In this document: positions 8,433-14,409 of the stretch, piece by piece | How the letters are laid out: every line of letters begins with the position of its first letter | Position numbering within the stretch: the first letter of the stretch is position 1 | Source: Octopus sinensis | Lineage: Eukaryota | DNA length: 14,409 nucleotides | Assembly (NCBI RefSeq): GCF_006345805.1 | Contig: NW_021825850.1 | Span: 1 to 14,409, forward strand | Direction: 5' to 3' | Made by a program: the position numbers and the translations under genes | The notes under the pieces: generated by a model | The model's database searches: none | The model's input: only the letters and a program-made list of their open reading frames with translations | What the model was told of the DNA's origin: nothing

Positions 8433-8436
8433 AGAG

Positions 8437-8767
8437 AAAACACCCATCGGTCATGAATGACCATTGGATTGCACCTAGAAGTTACCCTGCTTGGTACAAG
8501 CCTGGGCAAGGTTGTTGATGGAAGACCACCAGTCGCCCATGCATACCGGCCTCCACTCTCCACGCCACCGATGATATCCTAGGGAAAGGTAAAGGGGCCG
8601 ATACAGCTTGGCACCAGTGACGTCGCAACTCATTTCTACAGCTGAGTTAACCGGAGCAACGTGCAATAAAGTGTCTTGCTCAAGAACAACACGCGGCCCG
8701 GTCCGGAAATTGAACTCAGAACGTCACGATCGTAATCTCGACGCTCTAACCACCGAGCATGCGCCTT
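8437..8767 (-). mobile_element. tRNA-derived SINE family D (Meta-type central domain)
   Basis: Minus-strand head ggcgcatgctcggtggttagagcg, B-box gagttcaatttcc, core ttcttgagcaagacacttt..ttgctcc..actcagctgtagaaatgagt. Confidence 0.75.
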
Positions 8768-8771
8768 GACG

Positions 8772-8866
8772 TATATATATATATATATATATAATATATA
8801 TATATTATAGATATATATTATATATATATATATATATATAATTATATATATATATATATAATATAC

Positions 8867-8901
<35 letters not shown>

Positions 8902-8972
8902 GTATATGTATATATATATTATATATATGAATTATATGTATAATATATGTATATATAATATATAGTATATAA
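8772..8972. repeat. (TA)n microsatellite
   Basis: Direct reading. Confidence 0.95.
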
Positions 8973-8974
8973 AG

Positions 8975-9073
8975 CTAATCCAAACAAGAAAACCAAAAAA
9001 AACACAACAACGCGAGGACGTGGAACAAATATAGTATTATTGGACGCTCAGGAAAGAAGGAAGAAGGAGGGTT
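8975..9073 (-). mobile_element. Truncated 3' segment of a related pLTR-like repeat, ribozyme part absent
   Basis: Reverse complement shares ttcctgagcgt and a T-rich end with 12890-12970; both sides abut (TA)n. Confidence 0.4.
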
Positions 9074-9140
9074 AATATATATATATATGTATATATTACA
9101 TGGGTGTGTATTATGTATATATATATATATATATATATAT

Positions 9141-9260
9141 AATTTACAGAAAACAAGAAACGAAGAGAGGTAAGGCAACATCAGGCAGGTTTGATGCTGG
9201 CAAAAAAGGAAAGGTCGTCGCCGTTTCAAACCTACGCTCTTCGACAGAAAGGGATGCGAT
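9141..9260 (-). mobile_element. Diverged pLTR-like repeat with degenerate hammerhead motif (9218-9251)
   Basis: Minus strand CUUU CUGUCGA A GAGC GUAG GUUU GAAACG; aatttacagaaaacaagaaacgaag end matches the other copies. Confidence 0.6.
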
Positions 9261-9770
9261 GGGCAAAAATGAGGAGGGAACAAAAAAACTTTTCAACTTG
9301 AAACAGCTCGAAAGCTGCGGCCATGCCAGGTCCCTTCCGTTAGCCATGCTACACCTTCAGTATAAAACGCTGATATCTGGCTTTTGGTGACTGGGAAGGT
9401 TTGATGTTGATGATCTCATCTGAGTTTCCTCCAGCGAGGTAGACTCAGCCGCAACTCTTTACAGGAAGTGATCCAGTTGTTTTAAGGAGCACGGGATCCC
9501 AATCAAACTTTTGACCGTTACATGTAACCCCCATTACATGTATTGAGTTCCCTTTCTTTCCTTTGTACACTCAGTCGCAGGCGTGGCTGTGTAAAGAAGC
9601 TTGCTAATCTCCACTGTTCGAAAATATAAGGACACAGAATTTTTTGTCGTATAGCCAGCTGGAAACGATGCTTCCTAGGGCTAAATAACAGTAACATTCC
9701 TCCCACCCTGGGACTGCCACATTATGTGAGCAAAATTTCATTACTTATATATATATAAAGATGGATATAT

Positions 9771-10012
9771 CTTTTTTTTTCTTTTTTCCGCCCAGGCTAT
9801 CAGATGTTGCTACACATCGCTGGTCACAATGCGCTTTTGCATTATTTTAGCCTCCAAATGACACCACCCCGCTGGCTAAGCGAGCATCCCCCCCCTGCCG
9901 GAGCCTCGTGGATCTTTAGGTGTTTTTGCTCAAAAAACACTCACAACGCCCGGTCTGGGAATCGAAACCGCGATCCTACGACTGCGAGTCCGCTGCCCGA
10001 ACCACTGGGCCG
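9771..10012 (-). mobile_element. SINE family C copy with A-rich tail and 17-bp TSD
   Basis: tataaagatggatatat at 9754-9770 and 10013-10029; poly-T at 9772-9787; homologous to 7751-7953. Confidence 0.9.
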
Positions 10013-10142
10013 TATAAAGATGGATATATATAGAGATATGAAATAATTCTCTATTGCAAAGGATTAACTCGAACCAGGAAAGCTGTATGAAGCAACGTGT
10101 TAATCTAGGGTTAAAACAACACTCGTCTAGACACGACTGGAT

Positions 10143-10213
10143 GCTGCCGGCGGGATTCGAACATAAGTCTCCTATCAACATGACGGGTGTTCTACCATAA
10201 GACGTAAGCGGTC
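10143..10213 (-). pseudogene. Degenerate tRNA-like sequence (tRNA pseudogene or head of a further SINE)
   Basis: Minus strand ..tcttatggtagaaca.. (A-box-like) and gttcgaatcc (B-box) at tRNA spacing; stems poorly paired. Confidence 0.5.
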
Positions 10214-10429
10214 CTTTGAATTTTCCTTTTGACTTTAGGAACTGCACTCTTCCCAATGTGAATTGTACGATGTTGACTTCTCAAGAGATTTACTAACTTC
10301 GACTTTTTATCCCAAGGTGTTGTTAAATCAAAATTTACACTTTATTATATGTAGCGTTATTCACTTCGAGTTAAGAAAAAAAACATACAAATTTCTAAAA
10401 TTGTTATGATGCCAACAGAATATAAGTGC

Positions 10430-10472
<43 letters not shown>

Positions 10473-10477
<5 letters not shown>

Positions 10478-10654
10478 GCATAAGTTTATGTCTGCACTTA
10501 CATATAGTTATATGTGTGTATATATTTGTATAAATACACACACCAACACAACACACACCCCACACATGTGTGTGTGTGTGTTGGTGTGTGTGTGTATATA
10601 CAAATATATACACACATATAACTTTATGCAAGTGCAGACATAACTTATGCAACA
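10473..10654. repeat. Near-perfect ~180-bp palindrome (foldback)
   Basis: tgttggcataagtttatgtctgcactt..ccaacaca mirrored by tgtgttgg..aagtgcagacataacttatgcaaca; centre near 10566/10567. Confidence 0.85.
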
Positions 10655-10689
10655 CATTCAAGATACATGTATATGTGTGTATGTGTGCG

Positions 10690-10696
10690 CATGTAC

Positions 10697-10745
<49 letters not shown>

Positions 10746-11039
10746 AGATATATATACATACAAACACACACATACATACTTGCACAATAACTTATATATA
10801 TATGAATATACATATTATATATATGTGTGTTTGTGTGGTATATATATATATGTAAATATATATATATACTATATATATAATATACATACATATATATATA
10901 CATATATATATATGTATATGTATATATATAAAATCTTGCACAACAAATATTTAAACGTATATATATATATATATATACATACATATATATATAAATATGT
11001 ATATCTATATATGTAATATATATGTATATGTATATATAT

Positions 11040-11125
<86 letters not shown>

Positions 11126-11495
11126 CTATATATATATCATACATAAAACACACACACACATACACATACTTGCACAATAACTTATATATATATGAATATA
11201 CATATATATATATATGTGTGTTTGTGTGTGTATATATATATATGTAAATATATATATATATACTATATATATAATATACATACATATATATACATATATA
11301 TATATGTATATGTATATATATAAAATCTGCACAACAAATATTTAAACGTATATATATATATATATTATACATATATATAGAAATATGTATATATATATAT
11401 GTATATATATGTATATGTATATATATGTATATATATATATATTATATATATATATATTATATATATACATAGATATATAAATAATAATATGTATG
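10690..11495. repeat. (TA)-rich tract containing a direct duplication about 390 bp apart
   Basis: catacttgcacaataacttatatatatatgaatatac at ~10775 and ~11165; gcacaacaaatatttaaacgta at ~10938 and ~11329. Confidence 0.9.
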
Positions 11496-11749
11496 TATGT
11501 ACTGTATTTTATGGCTTAGAAGATGCACTTGTTTTTCCCCGAAAAATGTCTAAAAAAAATACCATCACACCGGGTTATATATACAGATTTAAAAAAAAAC
11601 ACACATTACAATCTTTGATGTACTAAAAACTCTTTTTCATAAATATACGTTGCTGAAATTCAAGTTCGTCTAACTTTTGCCCACGTCATTACACATTGAA
11701 ATCTGGTTCATGAATATATATTCTGGTATCTGTTATTCTGGTATTCTGT

Positions 11750-12126
11750 TATTCTTTTATTCTTTTACTTGTTTCAGTCATTTTGACTGCGGCCATGCTG
11801 GAGCACCAGCCTTTAGTCGAGCAAATCGACCCCGGGACTTATTCTTTGTGTAAGCCCAGTACTTATTTTATCGGTCTCTTTTGCCGAACCGCTATGTGAC
11901 GGGGACGTAAACACACCAGCATCGATTGTCAAGCAATGCTAGGGGGACAAACACAGACACATGCATATATATATATATACATATATACGACGGGCTTCTT
12001 TCAGTTTCCGTCTACCAAATCCACTCACAAGGCATTGGTCGGCCCGGGGCTATAGCAGAAGACACCTGCCCAAGATGCCACACAGTGGGACTGAACCCGG
12101 AACCATGTGGTTGGTAAACAAGCTAC

Positions 12127-12164
<38 letters not shown>

Positions 12165-12336
12165 ATACATATATACGACGGGCTTCTCTTTCAGTTTCCG
12201 TCTACCAAATCCACTCACAAGGCATTGGTCGGCCCGGGGCTATAGCAGAAGACACTTGCCCAAGGTGCCACGCGGTGGGACTGAACCCGAAAGCATGGGG
12301 TGGTTATCAAGCTACTTACCACACAGCCACTCCTGC
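11750..12336 (-). mobile_element. SINE family B with tandemly duplicated 5' half
   Basis: 3' half at 11750-11960; 5' half present twice (11986-12129, 12174-12336), separated by (TA)n. Confidence 0.85.
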
Positions 12337-12344
12337 GCTTGTTA

Positions 12345-12560
12345 TTCTTTTATTCTCTTACTTGTTTCAGTCATTGGACTGCGGCCATGCTAGAGCACCG
12401 CCTGGAAGGGTTTCAGTCGAAAAAATTGACAGCAGGATTTATTTTACTTCTTAATGCCTCGTATTTATTCTGTCGGACTCATTTGGCCGAACTGTTAACT
12501 TACAGGGACATAAACTCACCAACACCGTTTGTCGAGCGGTGATGGGATGGGGACAACTAC
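12345..12560 (-). mobile_element. Diverged 3' half of SINE family B
   Basis: cttgtttcagtcatt.gactgcggccatgct.gagcaccgcc..ggacataaac.caccaacaccg.ttgtc.agc. Confidence 0.75.
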
Positions 12561-12626
12561 AACACACACACAAACACACATATATATATACATACATATA
12601 CATAATATTATATATATATATATTAG

Positions 12627-12671
<45 letters not shown>

Positions 12672-12770
12672 TATATATACATACAGCATGGTGTATGTAT
12701 GCACATATATATATATATATATATAGTATATATGTGTGTGTGTGTGTGTGTGTGTATACACATACATATA
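12560..12770. repeat. (CA)/(TA)/(TG) compound microsatellite
   Basis: Direct reading. Confidence 0.95.
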
Positions 12771-12778
12771 CCCATCAG

Positions 12779-12972
12779 CCGCCATGATTTACCGCTAGCT
12801 CCAAAAGTTTTTTATTCTCCTCTCTCTGTTTATTTGCTCGTGTTCTTCTCTGTTGAAGAGCGTAGACTCGAAACCTAAAAGACTTTCCCTCCTTCCTGAG
12901 CGTTAAACCAATGCACCTGGTTGTTGTTCATACACCAGCCTTCGTCTTTTGTTTTTCTGTAAATTTTAACTG
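12779..12972 (+). mobile_element. pLTR-like repeat with hammerhead-like motif (12845-12881)
   Basis: cgccatgat..cgctagc..ttatt..CTGTTGA A GAGC GTAG ACTC GAAAC CT A AAAG..gcgttaaac..cttcgtctttt, colinear with the reverse complement of 8000-8190. Confidence 0.65.
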
Positions 12973-13007
<35 letters not shown>

Positions 13008-13017
13008 TTGTGTATAT

Positions 13018-13096
13018 ATACGACAGGTTTCTTCTCGGTTTCCGTCTGCCCCATCCACTTAGAAGACCCTGGTCGGCCCGAAGCTATAACAGAAAC
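13018..13096 (-). mobile_element. Diverged fragment of SINE family B
   Basis: tacgacagg.ttctt..gtttccgtct.cc..atccact..tggtcggcccga.gctata.cagaa. Confidence 0.65.
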
Positions 13097-13429
13097 TCGC
13101 CTTTTCTATAATCCCCTTTTTCTCCCCTTCACCGCTTTCTATCTGTCTCTACCCCACTTTCTCTTGAAATTCGCATATACACATACAAAAACAAAGATAC
13201 ATACATATTTACAGACATTTTGTCGGATGCCCATTGACTATTCAATATTTCATCTCCCCTTTGACAAGTATAATTTTTTACCCCGCAGGGTGCCCAACAA
13301 CACCCTCTTCACCAAGCAAGCCTGGTGGGGTTGCCAGTTTAGCCGCCAAAGATCCGACCATGCGACAGGTTGTAGTGGATTACATGTTACCAGTACCACT
13401 CGAGAGCGATCTGACACAAAGTTCAGAGA

Positions 13430-13968
13430 AATCTAGTCCTTACCTGTCAGACTGCTGGAATTGCCTGAGCAGGCTTGCGAACCTTTTGCACCCCCCTCAC
13501 CTGTCTGATAAACTCACACACCCCTACCGTACATCTATGACTCTGTTGCAATCTACCCCTAACACTAAAGTGTGGGACGTCCCAGAAAATTTTCCAAACG
13601 CCTGAAGAAATCTGGTTTTCCTGCCCCAGCCGGGGCATAGACGGCAACTGGTCTGAAAGTGTATCCTTCGTTGCCGATCCCATCCAGGACCACGACTCAC
13701 CTTCCAGATCAAGAAAACCGGTCCATATTTCGAAATCCAGTTTTTTTTTCGAAACATGACGGCGACTCCGCCTCCTGCTCCCAGACGACTTGAGGATGCG
13801 TACACCTCATGGATACTGAAACTGGAAGTCTAGTGAGTCGGAAATTCTGGTTTCAATAATGGCCACCACATCAACATTCAGTGCCATGAGGTCATTGAAG
13901 CGGTGACCCCGTTTCCAAAGTGACTCTGGGCCACATGCATTCATGCTGCCTATTCTGAGCACGACCAT
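13430..13968 (-). pseudogene. Degraded AP endonuclease domain (ORF2 N-terminus) of an L1/Tx1-clade LINE
   Basis: From ATG at 13968: MVVLRIGSMNACG...LNVDVVAIIETR; after frameshifts, GGGVAVMFRK, FRPVAVYAP..KPDFFRRLENFL and TLVLGVDCNRVID. These are the NxxG, ET, GVA, YAP and GDxN motifs of LINE AP endonucleases, with stops and frameshifts. Confidence 0.88.
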
Positions 13969-14409
13969 ATTGTTGGAAAAAGAATAGGAAAGAAAAAAAA
14001 TTGGTTTTGTTTGACGAGACAGTTCGTCCGTCCTTCCAGTAGGATTGAGATGTTTCCATCAGCAACTCACTAAGTATTCTCTTGGTGATGTTCTCTCAGA
14101 AATCTCCGGTTTCTTGTGGTAATTTGGGTTTTAAGTGTGTCTAAGAATCTTGTATTGTTTGAATTATTTTTATCTGTGTAGGTAGAGAAACTGTGCGTGT
14201 AGCAAAATCTGTTTGATGTAGTGGTTTCTGTTTTTATATAATTTGTTAGATCTGCGGGTTTTTTTTATAGTTAATTGCCATGTAGTTAGTAATGGTACTG
14301 CTTTTACTTCGTGTTTGCTACAGTTGTTGTGGTGGTTGTCACCCTGCGTACGTAACTGAGAGCAGGGATAGGTGGTGGTGATTGAAATGCGTAATTTTTA
14401 TCTAAGTTT

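Noticed and set aside
10570-11626. I/Y-rich ORFs
   Set aside because: (TA)n artefacts.
12984-13605. Plus-strand ORFs of 150 and 123 aa
   Set aside because: They run across a microsatellite, a SINE fragment and the antisense strand of the LINE remnant.
13970-14409. LINE ORF1 remnant upstream of the endonuclease
   Set aside because: Position and strand bias fit, but no recognisable motif or sustained frame was found.

Overview
Repeat-dense, non-genic eukaryotic DNA. The SINE families and long (TA)/(GT)/(CT)/(ATCT) tracts suggest an octopus or related cephalopod (inferred, not searched). No intact protein-coding gene is supported; most listed ORFs are microsatellite or SINE artefacts. Real coding remnants are two convergent R4/Dong-type retrotransposon C-termini (2259-2363 +, 2915-3109 -) and a degraded L1/Tx1-type AP endonuclease (13430-13968 -). 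The rest is four or five tRNA-derived SINE families (one in 184-bp head-to-tail multimers), a Helentron/HINE-like end and a ~149-bp tandem unit. Most notable: (i) three dispersed copies of a non-canonical minimal hammerhead-ribozyme motif (CUG-U-N-GA-A / GAGC-GUAG-GCUC / GAAA) in a Penelope pLTR-like repeat; (ii) an unexplained GC/CpG-rich, hairpin-rich ~430-bp island with duplicated competing stem arms between the R4 tails; (iii) SINE multimers whose junction rebuilds the head hairpin.
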